A stretch of DNA of 64,000 bases, taken from IMG/VR virus record IMGVR_UViG_3300042923_000601, positions 124,001 through 188,000 of that record. One strand, given 5' to 3'. Numbering within the stretch: position 1 is the first letter of the stretch; the number at the start of each line of letters is the position of its first letter. Below the pieces are notes generated by a model, which saw only the letters and a program-made list of their open reading frames with translations, had not been told where the DNA came from and did not search any database. Shown in pieces: positions 1-12,300 of this stretch. The translations under genes were made by a program, and so were the position numbers.

Positions 1-2
1 CA

Positions 3-242
3 GCGCTAACTTCCCCTAGCCGTATTGCGATTAACGGTACTCCACAGGCTGGAGACTATGTATTGACCTCAGCAGCAGGTTGGGTGCATGTTGAAATCAC
101 CCTGCAAATCTTCGTTGGGACAGATGTATATTTCCCTAACCTCTATGGTACATCTGGAAGCACTATACAGATTGCTATGCCGGTATTGGTACCAGGAAGG
201 CACGGTGTAGGGATTCATGAATCCCCAATTTCAGCCGTATAA
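3..242 (+). CDS. 3' end of a truncated upstream gene, probably a beta-rich tail/virion protein
   Basis: Open frame from the window start to TAA at 240-242 (ALTSPSRIAING...GIHESPISAV), followed by a terminator hairpin. Confidence 0.6.
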   Translation, partial: ALTSPSRIAINGTPQAGDYVLTSAAGWVHVEITLQIFVGTDVYFPNLYGTSGSTIQIAMPVLVPGRHGVGIHESPISAV

Positions 243-259
243 CGTATCGCACAAATCGA

Positions 260-291
260 GAAGAGACGGTAAATACTGTCTCTTCTTTTTT
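260..291 (+). terminator. Rho-independent terminator
   Basis: Stem GAAGAGACGGT / ACTGTCTCTTC, loop AAAT, followed by a T-run. Confidence 0.85.
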
Positions 292-312
292 GCATGAGAG
301 TCTATTCGACAA

Positions 313-324
313 AACAACATGATA
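313..324 (+). promoter_or_regulatory. AR9-type late promoter AACA-N6-TA
   Basis: AACA ACATGA TA upstream of the giant fibre gene; the same motif precedes many structural genes in the window. Confidence 0.65.
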
Positions 325-369
325 AGTACATGTATCAAAATCATACTTACACGAAGGGGGATAAGCCCG

Positions 370-3300
370 ATGTCATTACCTTATGTGCTTTCTGAATTGG
401 GGAAATTGAGCAACTCGCTCACAAATGTAATCCAGCAGATTGAAACTCAGCTGGGAAACGGCACGTTAACGTTAGACGGGCTGAAAAGTGATATCCAGGC
501 TATCTTGAATAGCGCTGGTCAGGCGAATGGGCTGGCACCACTCAATGGTACAGCCACGATCAACAAGCAGTATCTGCCACCTATACAAGAGCTGGTTAAA
601 CACGGCAACGAGTGGCATGACAAAGCGTATGTGACTCAGACCGAGATTGATACCTCGGTTAGCGCGTATGCGGCTAGACGGGACAACCCGAACGTCGTTA
701 CAAAGGCACAGGTCGGTTTGAGTAACGTGGACAACGTTAAACAAGAACCCTACCGTAACCTTGGTCTGAACGCCAAATCGGCGACTGACTTGCCGAATAC
801 CTACCCTGTAGGGATCAGCTATATGCTGGCTGATAGCACTAAAGGATTCCCATTTACCGGAGTCCATAATGGTGTAATGACTTACAACTTGAGCGATGGC
901 ACCACATCTACTTACCAATTTGCATTCAATTATGAGAATGCAAGGGTTCCCCGTATACGCGTACGCTCAGCTACCCTGGGTAATACAGCATGGGGTGACT
1001 GGGCTGTTATGTATACCAGCGCAGAGCCTCCTACAAAGGCTGATCTGGGTCTTGGGAATGTACAGAACTACCCAGTTGCAACTGATGCTGAAGCAGCTGC
1101 TGGGGTATCTAACGTAACGTACATGACACCTGCCCGGACTAAAACTACTGTAGATGCTGCGGTTTCCAGTGTCAGCAATACACAGGTACTTGGCCCAGGT
1201 ACAAATCTTGTAACGGCTGGTAAAGAGGGCGCAGAGCTTGACCTGAAGGTTAATGGTCGCACCCTTGTAAATATTCTGGGTACAATGGGTAGTGGGGAGT
1301 CCGTGGCAAACTGGGGTATATCCGGTACAGCACCAACTATATCCACTACACAGAAACGGTCAGGAACAGCTTCGTTTAAATTCAGCACGACTGACACGTC
1401 AGGTGTGTTGGTCAAAGACCTTGCCATCCCACTGGATAAATCCAAGTATTATATGGTGACTTGCTGGGCGTATGTTGAATCGTATACTAGCGGTGGAGCA
1501 ACACTTAACATTCGTGAATACAATACATCAAATGTACGATACAATGTGAGTGTGAATACGACGAAAGTCGGCGAATGGCAGCAGCTTCTTCTTAAGGTAC
1601 CTAATAACAACACCATCTCTACCACTGAAGGGTTCCGTATCATTGCTGGTGTCAACACCACTGGTACAATGGTTGTATACTACGATGAACTTCGACTGTA
1701 TGAAGTTTCTGCAGCTGAATACGCCGCCATTGGTACTACGCTGGCCACACCAGAGCAGATCGACGCCTATTTCCCGTACGTGGATGGTAAACAACACGTT
1801 CAAGGCGTTGCTATTACGAAGCAGGGTAAGAACTTGCTGCTCCCACTGACTCAAAGAGGTACAAACAACGGTACTGTAATCGATGCGTATGCATTTGACC
1901 ATCCAGCACTCGTTGCCTTCGGTAATGGGTACATGACGTATGATGTAATTCCCAATACCGACTACGTTTTTTCTGCGGTGCCAGGTGCTACAGGTCAAAT
2001 GGGTGTATACAATGACACTGCTACGGTAGCGTTATCGGATTATGCCAACACTCCACGTGCATTTAATAGTGGAGCAAATACAAAGGTGCGCATATATTTC
2101 AGAAATACAGTTGTAGGCACAGTTCGATTCTCTGATCTTCAACTGGAATTCGGCACTGTAGCTACACCATTCGCACCCGCTGAACCTCAAACTGTCGTCC
2201 TTCCAGTGACACTTGGTGAAGTTGGAGGGATAAAAGACTCCGTATCGAACGCAGGTACTGAGTGGTTGTACACTGAGAGAGTAAGGAAGAACGTAGTAAT
2301 CGACGGGTCATTAACATGGGCCTATAATGATTCTCCCGGTACTGGGCTTAGAGTTGTCAAAACCGCAATGGCTGGTGGTAGTTCTGCAATGCCTGTCCGT
2401 ACCGTGTTGTATGATGGCCGTGTAGGGGGTTCACACTTACCTGCCGGTACAAATAACCGTGCAAGTGCAACCACGGATACGTTCTACATTATGGTTTCAA
2501 ATGCTGAAGCTGGGTGGACAGATACACTTACACCTAGCGCCAATGCAATTAAAGCGCTGATGAATGGATGGGAGGCAGTTGCTAACAACGGTACCACGTA
2601 CACAAGCTGGACGTCTATCCTTGACGGAAGTGTAGCACCGACAAATACTGAAGCATGGGTTGCCGCAAATAAGGCACCGAGCTGGAGTGCATGGTGTTCA
2701 CTTGACTATGCGTTGGGAACCGCCGCTATACCGGTTACTATCTCATCTGCTGAAGGTGCAATCAGCCTTCACCCGGGTGGCAATCAGGTAACCGTTGAGA
2801 CCGGTATTATTCAACGCGAGAAAATCGCCCCTCAACTTTCAACTACCTACGGTAGATACTACATCAATGAAGTGGGTGCAACAGTATCCGCTGTTGACTC
2901 TCCTTTGAAGTACAAAACAAATCGGATTTTGGATGTCTATGCTGGCGGAACCAAAGCCAAATGGATATCTGAAACCAATGCATCTAACCAGAACGGGACG
3001 GCGATCGCCTCCATTCTCACAGCCGACTATGACGCGTCCAAAACTTACTATGCAACGTATATTGCACTGGATAAGTATCTGATGACGCCATCTGTCGCGG
3101 AAGTAAATGCATCATGGAAATCCGGTTTAAACGGTGTTGTGCCTGAATTGGCTCAAAGCGTTGCCGATCTTAAATCAGCAATGGATTATCCTGTACTCTA
3201 TTCGCCTGAAATGCTAGGTGAACCAACAGTACCGACAGCGCCTGATGGTACTCGAAATAAGCAAGCTGCTAGTACAGAGTTTGCAGCTAAAGTTGCCGAA

Positions 3301-6300
3301 TCCTATGCAAATGCAAAGTTCATTAAAGAAGACCATACTCAGGCCATCAGCCAAGGGCTGTCGATTATCAATGGTGGTGAGACAGGCGCAGACGTTGATT
3401 TCAGTATTAACGGTCGCACATTAGTCAACCTTCTTGGTAATTACGGTAATTTTGAGGTTGATAGTAATAATGACGGTCTCGGAGATGGCTGGATTCGACA
3501 AGGTGGAACGCTTACCCTGTCAACGACAGGTGTAGCATATGGCACTAAATCTCAACGGATCACATCGACTTCATCTGACACATCCATAACAGACCGCGGT
3601 ATGTATCGGTATGTATGGCTTGAGGCAAGTAAGTACTATGTGGCAATTGCACATTTGACTACTGATGGTACTACTATTGGTATGATTCGCATGGAGGAAG
3701 GTGCATCTGGTACCAATATAGATACAAGTTCCTCAGTTAACCAAACGTTGTTCATTAAGTTCTCGCCAGTAGCTACCAAAAACTTTGTCTTCCGGGTATT
3801 TAACCGGGCACCTGTTGGGTCTGTTGGCTGGATTGAAATTGACGGTATTAGTATTTACGAAGTAGATGCGGCCACGTATGCACGAATTGGTGTAGATATT
3901 ACTGCATCCAACATTCGCACATATCTCCCATATGTGGATGGTAAACAGCATCTGCAGAATATTGTCATCAGTAAGCAAGGACTTAACCTAATGCCAAACG
4001 CGCCTGAAAGTGTTAGCACTGTTGCTAAGCTGGATGGGCCGTATGCCATGACTTTAGTTGCAACCGCAGCAGGACAGAGCAGTTTCTGGGATATTCCTGT
4101 TAAACCTGGTGTAACGTATACAATACGAGCTGAACTGACAGGTACAGTTGGTATTATCGCACGCACTCTGTTTAAGGAAGACCTATCTACGAACGCTGCA
4201 TATGCAACAGCTTTAACTTCTACAGGTACGTACACCTTCACCGCATTTGAAGGTTCGGCATTTGTACGGGTATATTTTAATAGCACGGCTGCAGGCACAT
4301 CTACACTTAAGAATTGGATGATGGTAGTTGGTGATGCAACTGCTTTACCGACAACATTTGTTCCGTCTGATATCCCGCAAACCGTTATTCTCCCGGTTAC
4401 TCTCGGTGAAACGAGTGGGGTTACAGATACCGTTTACAACTCTGGGTCTGAGTGGCTCTACGTTGAACGGATTAAGAAAAATGTACCGCTTGTAGGTGGC
4501 CTTGCATGGGCGTTTAATACAACCTTCACTGGTGTAAAACGTCTATCTCTTGCTCTATCACCAGCAGCACTCAGCGGGTTTTCATCCGCTCGTGTTGTCC
4601 GGTATGATGGTCTCCAGTTTAAAAATAATGAAACTACGGCGTCCGGCAATCCTAACGTCAGTCAGATATCAAACAATCAACTTCTTTTGAATTTGGCTAC
4701 TGCTGATACGGGCTGGGTTGACGCACTAACCCCTAACACAAATGCAATCAAGGCATTCTTCAACGGCTGGAAAGCGACTGCTAATAATGGAACGGCTTAT
4801 ACCACATGGGCATCCTCTATTGATGGTAGCGCACCAGCCACTAACACCGAAGCATGGGTTGCAGAGAATAAGGCACCGGGAATGACTACATGGGGTACTG
4901 TAGACTATGTACTGGCATCTGCTGAAGTACCAACTGCTGTTTCAGCCGCAGAAGGTAGTATCACCTTACACCCTGGTAATAATCAGATTTCTGTAAACAC
5001 TGGTGTTATCGTTCGTGAGAAAGTTAACCCTGTGTTTTACGTATCTGGTAATTACTACGTCATCAATAATATCGCAACCACACAGAATCTCTACCTCAGC
5101 ATGTTGAAGTACCGCATGGCTGATGTAGTGACACTGTACGAAGAATCAACTGTGTTCAACCGGTATATCAAGCGTGCACATGGTAATGCGTACGGGACGT
5201 ATCAAATGGAGATTTCACCATCAAATTTTGATACCACCAAGGATTACTACCTCACGTACATCGCACGGGATAAACCAGCGTTCTCTGGTTTTGTCACCGA
5301 CATGACCGCAAACTGGAAGACAGGTATTACTGGCACCGTGACCGAACTTGTTCAAGCTGTTGCTGAGCTTCGTAACGGTGACGATACGAAAATGTACCAT
5401 AATCCACACTTTACAGGTGAGCCAACTGTACCAACGGCAGCCGATGGTACTCGTACCAAGCAAGCTGCCAGTACCGAGTTCACAGGTAGAGCGATCGACA
5501 ATTTCTCGGCTTCCAAGCTACAACGTGCGGATAACGTGCAGGTTTTGAGTCAAGGTACAAATATCATTGATGGTGGTGACACCGGAGGTGATCTTGATCT
5601 TACCGTAAACGGTCGCACACTGGTCAACCTCCTTGGTAACTACGGTTCCGGAGAGAGTTTATCTGGGTGGTCACTGGCCGGTACCACGGTGCCAACGATA
5701 TCCACCACCCAAAAACGTTCAGGTACCTCGTCATTTAAAATGGCAACGGGTGCAACTGGAGGAAGTTATCTGTTCCGAGACTTCAACACTTCCCTTCAAT
5801 CGACTAAGCAATATGTAGTAGCCGGGTGGGCATTTGTTGAGTCATGGTCGTCAGTAGCGGCTGGCCCCTCAATTACCTTGTATGATGTAGGTACAAATAC
5901 TCAGAAATATCAGGTACTGGGCGATAAAGCGATTATTGGTTCATGGCAGCCTCTGGTTCTGAAAGTACCAACTAGCAATACTCTTGTAGGGACAGGGTTC
6001 AGAATCTTAATAGGGCATGGTAGTGCAGGTGCAAGTGTGTCTTATTACAGCGACATTCGTCTGTATGAAGTTACTGCCGCCGAATATGCTGCTATCGGTA
6101 CGACGATTACAGGTGATGCATTTGACACTGCTTTCCCATACGTTAATGGTAGACAGCATGTGCAAGGTGTTGCTATCACTAAGCAAGGTCAAAACTTACT
6201 AGCAAGTAAACCACCCGTGCTTAATGCAAGAGCAAGAATGAATGGTCCGTATGATATGGTATTGGATGCCACTGGAGGTAACGATTCGTCGTATTTCCTA

Positions 6301-9300
6301 ATTGATGTCCCTGCCAACACTACGATTACGCTAAGTTTAGCACATAACGGACGCGTAGCTATTGCCAACGCAGCCGGGACTGTGAATCTCGTAGGGTATT
6401 CGTCATCCCAATTACTTACGGTAAACACCGGCAGTAATACTACTATCGGGGTACACTTCAGTAACTACTCGGCTGGAACGGGTACATTTACATTTAAGAA
6501 CTGGATGCTTGTCATTGGGGATGCAACCGCACTCCCGTCGACATTCACTCCAGCTGAACCACAAACCGCTATTCTACCTGTAACTCTCAGCCAGATTGGA
6601 GATGCACGGGATACCGTGTACAAAGAGGGTTCAGACTGGATGTATAACGAACGAATCAAGAAAGGAGTCACACTGACGGGTGCTCTGCCATGGACACTTG
6701 GGACTAGCTATACTGGATACAAGTACGTAACCGTGCAGTCCAGTAATTTCCCAGGAATGTATATGGATAAAACAGCCGCGAATATATCGACAGCTCCACC
6801 GCTTCGTGTCACTAAGTATAACGGAGAACCTGTTACGCATGCAGTGTCTTTCTCATCCGAAGGGTCGGACAGATTTAACTATGGTACCGACGTGTCCAAG
6901 GTTGATATCACGGTGTCATCAGGAGATTCTGGATGGGGTGACAGCTACAGTCCATCAGCGGCTGAAATTGCTGCCTATTTCTATGGATATCGCATGAATA
7001 ACGGTACATTTGGTACTGCGTATAACGGAACTGGTACTAAAACATGGGCTGTTATTGGCGCGACAAATAATACCGGTGCGGTAACCGTTGTCCCAACATC
7101 TCAAGCACCAATCACGGCATTGTGGAGTCCGTATATTCTTGACTACACGTTGTCATCAGCTGCAGCACCTTCATTCATCCCTAATGCTGAGGGTGACATC
7201 ACTCTGCATCCGGGAAAGAACCAAATTGCTGTAGAGACCGGAATTATCCAGAGAGAGAAGGTTACACCAAGTCCATATCTAACCAATTACTACATCAACG
7301 CACTTTCAGGGGATAAACTGTCCCTAAGACCATCACGCATACTACAGGTTTATAAAGGAAATAATGCGGATTCTAAGTGGATACAGATAACTAGATCGAC
7401 ATCTGAGGAACCTTCGTATTCTGTATATGGGCCAGCGTATGCCATTATAAAGTCTGGTGATTTTGACCCGACTGCAACCTATTACGTAACATATGTGGTT
7501 GCCCAGAAACACACCAGATCAGCTAATCTGTCTGACGTAACTACATCATGGAAATCCGGTATTAACGGGGTAGTTGCCGAGCTTACTCAGGCCGTAGCTG
7601 ATCTTCGCGAATCCATCGATTATCCTGTACTCTATTCACCTGAAATACTGGGTGAGCCAACAGTTCCAACAGCACCAGACGGTACTCGAAATAAGCAAGC
7701 GGCTAGTACAGAGTTTGCAGCCCGGGTTGCCGAGAATTACACCGCTGCCACGCTTGACGGTGTGACAAACGTCCAAACACTTGCTTCCGGTGTGTCCCTT
7801 ATCACCGCAGATAAGGTTGGGTCGGACCTTGACCTGATCATTAATGGTCGGACGCTGGTTAACATCTTGGGCACCGTTGGGGGTGGAGAAAGCTTAACTG
7901 GTACCATACCAGCCGGTGTTGCTCCAGTGATTTCTACTACCCAGAAACGGTCTGGTTTATCGTCATACAAGTATGTACCAACGGCATCATCTCCGAGTTA
8001 CTTTTATAAAGACTACACTGTTTCGCTTGACAAGTCAAAGTACTATGTACTTGGCGCATGGTTTTATACTGAGTCAACAGCGAATACTGGTATGACTGAA
8101 GTGTCACTACGTGACGCTGGATCGTTTACAGCTAGATACTCGATATACGGAGCCCAATCGGTTACGGGTAGCTGGCAATGGCGGTTCGCGAAAATACCGG
8201 CTAACAATACCTTAGTTGGAAATGGGTTTAGACTTCTTGTCGGTATGGGCGGTGGTTATGCAGGTGTGTTCTATATCGATGATATTCGTCTCTATGAGAT
8301 CACTGCTGCGGAATACAACGCAATTGGGACAACGATTGATGGAGATGCTGTTGACCAGTACTATCCGTATGTGGATGGGAAAAAGCATACCCAAGGTTTA
8401 GCGATCACTAAATTCGGGCGAAATTTGCTGGATGGTATTCCGATCACGCTTCATGCTAACGCTAAGATGAATGGGCTGTATGATCTGACACTAACTGCAA
8501 CCGCCACCTGGTCTCATAGCTGGTTACCAACTATACCAGTTGTCGGTGGCCGAAAGATGACGTTCTCAATTGATCCGTTAACAGTGAACGGTGCCTATGT
8601 CTACGTCTTTGAGTATGACAGTAATGGGACGCAGCTTTCATCCGTGGGAGCGGTTGCGAATATCAACTTCTCATCTCTGACATTCACAACCAATACACAA
8701 ACGGTAACAATTCGTGTTCAACTTACTAATGCGATTGCTAGTGGCACGTTCACCTTTAAGAATTGGAAGTTGGAATACGGTGACAAGACACCATTTGAAC
8801 CAGCGGCACCACAGAATGTAATCATCCCAGTTACCCTTGGGCAAATTGGTGATGTTACTGACACTGTGTACAATGCAGGTTCAGACTGGATGTACGCTGA
8901 GCGCATTAAGAAAGATGTTGTTTTGGACGGTTCTTTGACTTGGGGAGTGTATAGTACAGTAACAGGGTTTAAGAATGTTCAGGCCGCAATCCCTTCACTG
9001 AGTGGGACGGGCGGCGCTGATGACGCTGCACTTGCTGTGCGATATGACGGAATACCCCTTAAGAATGTAGATGAAGCTGTTGCATCTTGGACACAGCCGG
9101 ATTATTTCAGACTGTATAACGGATCGGTTTATATGTCTATCAGATCGACCGACTCTGGTTGGACTGATGCGCTGAACCCTAACGTTAACGCGGTCAAAGC
9201 ATTTATGAATGGGTGGAAGGCTGTTGGAAGCAATGGTACTGTATACACAAGCTGGGTATCCATCCTTGATGCAAGTGTACCGACAACCAATACCGAAGCA

Positions 9301-12300
9301 TGGGTTGCTGCCAATAAAGCACCGGGCTGGACTGGTTGGGCGACGCTTGATTATGTGATGACATCAGCACCAGCACCTGTACCGATTCGACTCTCTGAAG
9401 GCAGCATCTCTCTACATGGTGGCGTAAACCAGATTATGGTTGAAACCGGGGTCATCCAACGGGAAAAAGCTAAGCCGATCTATGACAACGGATTTTGGAA
9501 CATCAACGCCCAAGTCGGAAGTAACAACGATTCAAAACTTGCATACCGCACTAAACGGACACTAGCTATCTATAAAGACGCTAACATCGATCCAAGCTGG
9601 ATTGTTGGAACACGTCCAAGTACAAGCACACTGATTCCACTATTCGGCAATGATGGGGTTCAGGCTCCGACTGCCATGTATGATCCAACTGCTACTTATT
9701 ACGTCACATATCTGGTATTAGATCAGTATGCTGTGACTCCTAGTCTTACGAATATCAGTGCATCGTGGAAAACCGGTCTTAACGGTGTAGTAACATCCCT
9801 TGCACACGATGTCGCCATGCTTCAGGCAGACAACGATCGTCAGGACTTTGCTGACAAGTATCTGAATGACAAAGTGGCAGTGTTGCAAAACCTCTACCCT
9901 ACCACACTTACAGGAGATTTTGCCATCAATGCAAACGGTAAAGACCTTCTGCAAATGGTTGTAGCTGCTGGTAATGGATTTAAGACGCTTTGCGCCAATT
10001 CAACATCCACTAACATACCTTCTGGGGTAACATTCCGAGGGCATTCTTTTGGATCAGTTGGGTCTGACGGGGAGTGGACTGGCTTTGTACAGCTGTACAG
10101 TCAGCTTAACACTAACTTCAGTAACTTCCGGTACGGTGCTTCCGGTTGGGGTGGTTGGCAGAAAAACATCAATGAAAATATGGCATCCGGTGAAACTCGC
10201 GTCAATGCTATCAGCCTCGGCGGGTATAATGTTGAGAAGACGAAGTCGTATGCGATCCCAAATACCTTAACTAACGCAAAAATGGATATTACTTGGGAAC
10301 CAGTTCTTAGTTCCGGCACGGTGGAAATCACAGTCACATGTGGATTTAACACTGTGAACGCGAACGGGGTTATCCGAAAGGTGATCAGCTACGGCTCAAA
10401 CGCATCAGGTGGAATCAATCCGTATAACTCCTATTACAAAGAGGTACTTGGACCAATCAAGAACTACCTTGGTGTATCGGAGCTGGTATACGACTCAACT
10501 ACCGCAAATTTAAAAATTACGGTAGAGACACTAGCCAATGGGTACGTGTTTGGTGGTACTGTAACGGTGAAGTTTCTTTCATCTATGGGACGCGCTGTTC
10601 CAAATATCACAATCGGTGATCCGTACTCTGGTGCTTCCCTCGGGTCAGTTGTCCCTGTACAGGTAATACCGGATGATACAGTAACTACCTCCGGATACCA
10701 GATTCAGAAGCATCCGCTGACGAACAATATCGGTCAAAATATTCTACTGACGGCCAACACCGACCTCAACACCGTTGTTACAGCAGGTTTCTACAGCGGA
10801 AATGGATTAACAAATGCTCCAACCAATGAAGTAACATGGTGGTATGTTCAGGTATATGTACACAGCGGGTCTGTCGGGTATGTATTACAGAGAGCCTATC
10901 ATTTGAGTGCAACTGGAACGCCGACCGAGTATATTCGCCGCAGGGTCAATAATACTTGGACAACATGGGTTTACGTACCAAATAGCAGTATGCTTAATGT
11001 GGCAAACGGTATTCTACAACTGGACAGCAGCGGACTCGCACCACTGGCACAACTCCCAGCTATTCAGAAATGGCTGCTTACTAGCAATACTGGTTCTGGT
11101 AAGGATGGTGTTGCAACGTACGACCTCAACACACTCATTACCACAGGGTACTATTCCATAAATACCAACAGCACGAATATGCCGATATCAGGATCATCCA
11201 CCATGCTTCTTGTGATGTACTTCGGATCGACATACTACCAGCAAGAAGCTACAGTCTATGCAACAGGGCCAGTGGTTCGTAAGTTCGTTCGCGAAACACG
11301 AAACTCTGGTACTACTTGGACCGCATGGGCGGAAATCGAAACAACTGCTAAAAAGGATGTCGCGAACGGTTATGCAGGGTTAAATGCCAGCGGGGTTTTA
11401 CTACCTTCTGTCATGCCAGCCACTGTGACCAAACGGGTCAACCTGTATGGACAGCTTCAGATTACGTCATATCGTAGATCGGTTGTTGCGCTTTGCGAAG
11501 TGACAAACACTGAACCTGGGGCTACTTCCTATACCAATGGCGTACTCACCTTCAAGCGTGTTAATGGGCTTGCTGGACAGACTACCATTATGGTAAGTGC
11601 TGAAAAACGATGGAGTAGTACAGCGATGAATATCTCAGTCCTTAAGATGGGATTGACTGGTGCTGCCATTCGCCCATGTACGTTTACGTATAATGGTGTG
11701 AAATACGGTGGACTTGAAATCTATATCGAGGCTGCTGAATCGCAACTGGTTGAGTTTAATGGTGCTGGTAACTTCACACCGTTTGGTGTGGATTACTATA
11801 CCGTAAACACATCCACTGTCGTTAATGCCGAGATAAACAACTCGCTTGGGCTTGTCGAGGGAACCGACTTCTATTACATCAACGGGATTTTCATGAATGA
11901 TGTCAGTATTTCCCCTACGACAGACTCAATTGCGAACAGACCAGTGCTACGCGACAGTAACAAAAAGATCGCAGAAGTTGCATCTACTCGTAGCAACGGG
12001 GTCAACATTGCCCTTACTGCCACGAATACGTTGACAACAGCTGTCTCTTACACCACGTCAGGTGTCGTAGCGAACTATGTTGTGTATGTCACAATATGGC
12101 CAAGCGTAGCGACCACATTAACAATCCAACTGACGTACACTTCACCAATGGGAGGCTCACAAACTACGGTGATCTTAAACGCCAAACAGCTTGCAGCCGG
12201 GGCTGAGTCTAGCCTAATCCCACTGTACGTTACAGCAAATGCATTCTCAACTATGAACCTCCAGTATCTGAGCACGACGACGAACTCGACGAATCCTCTG

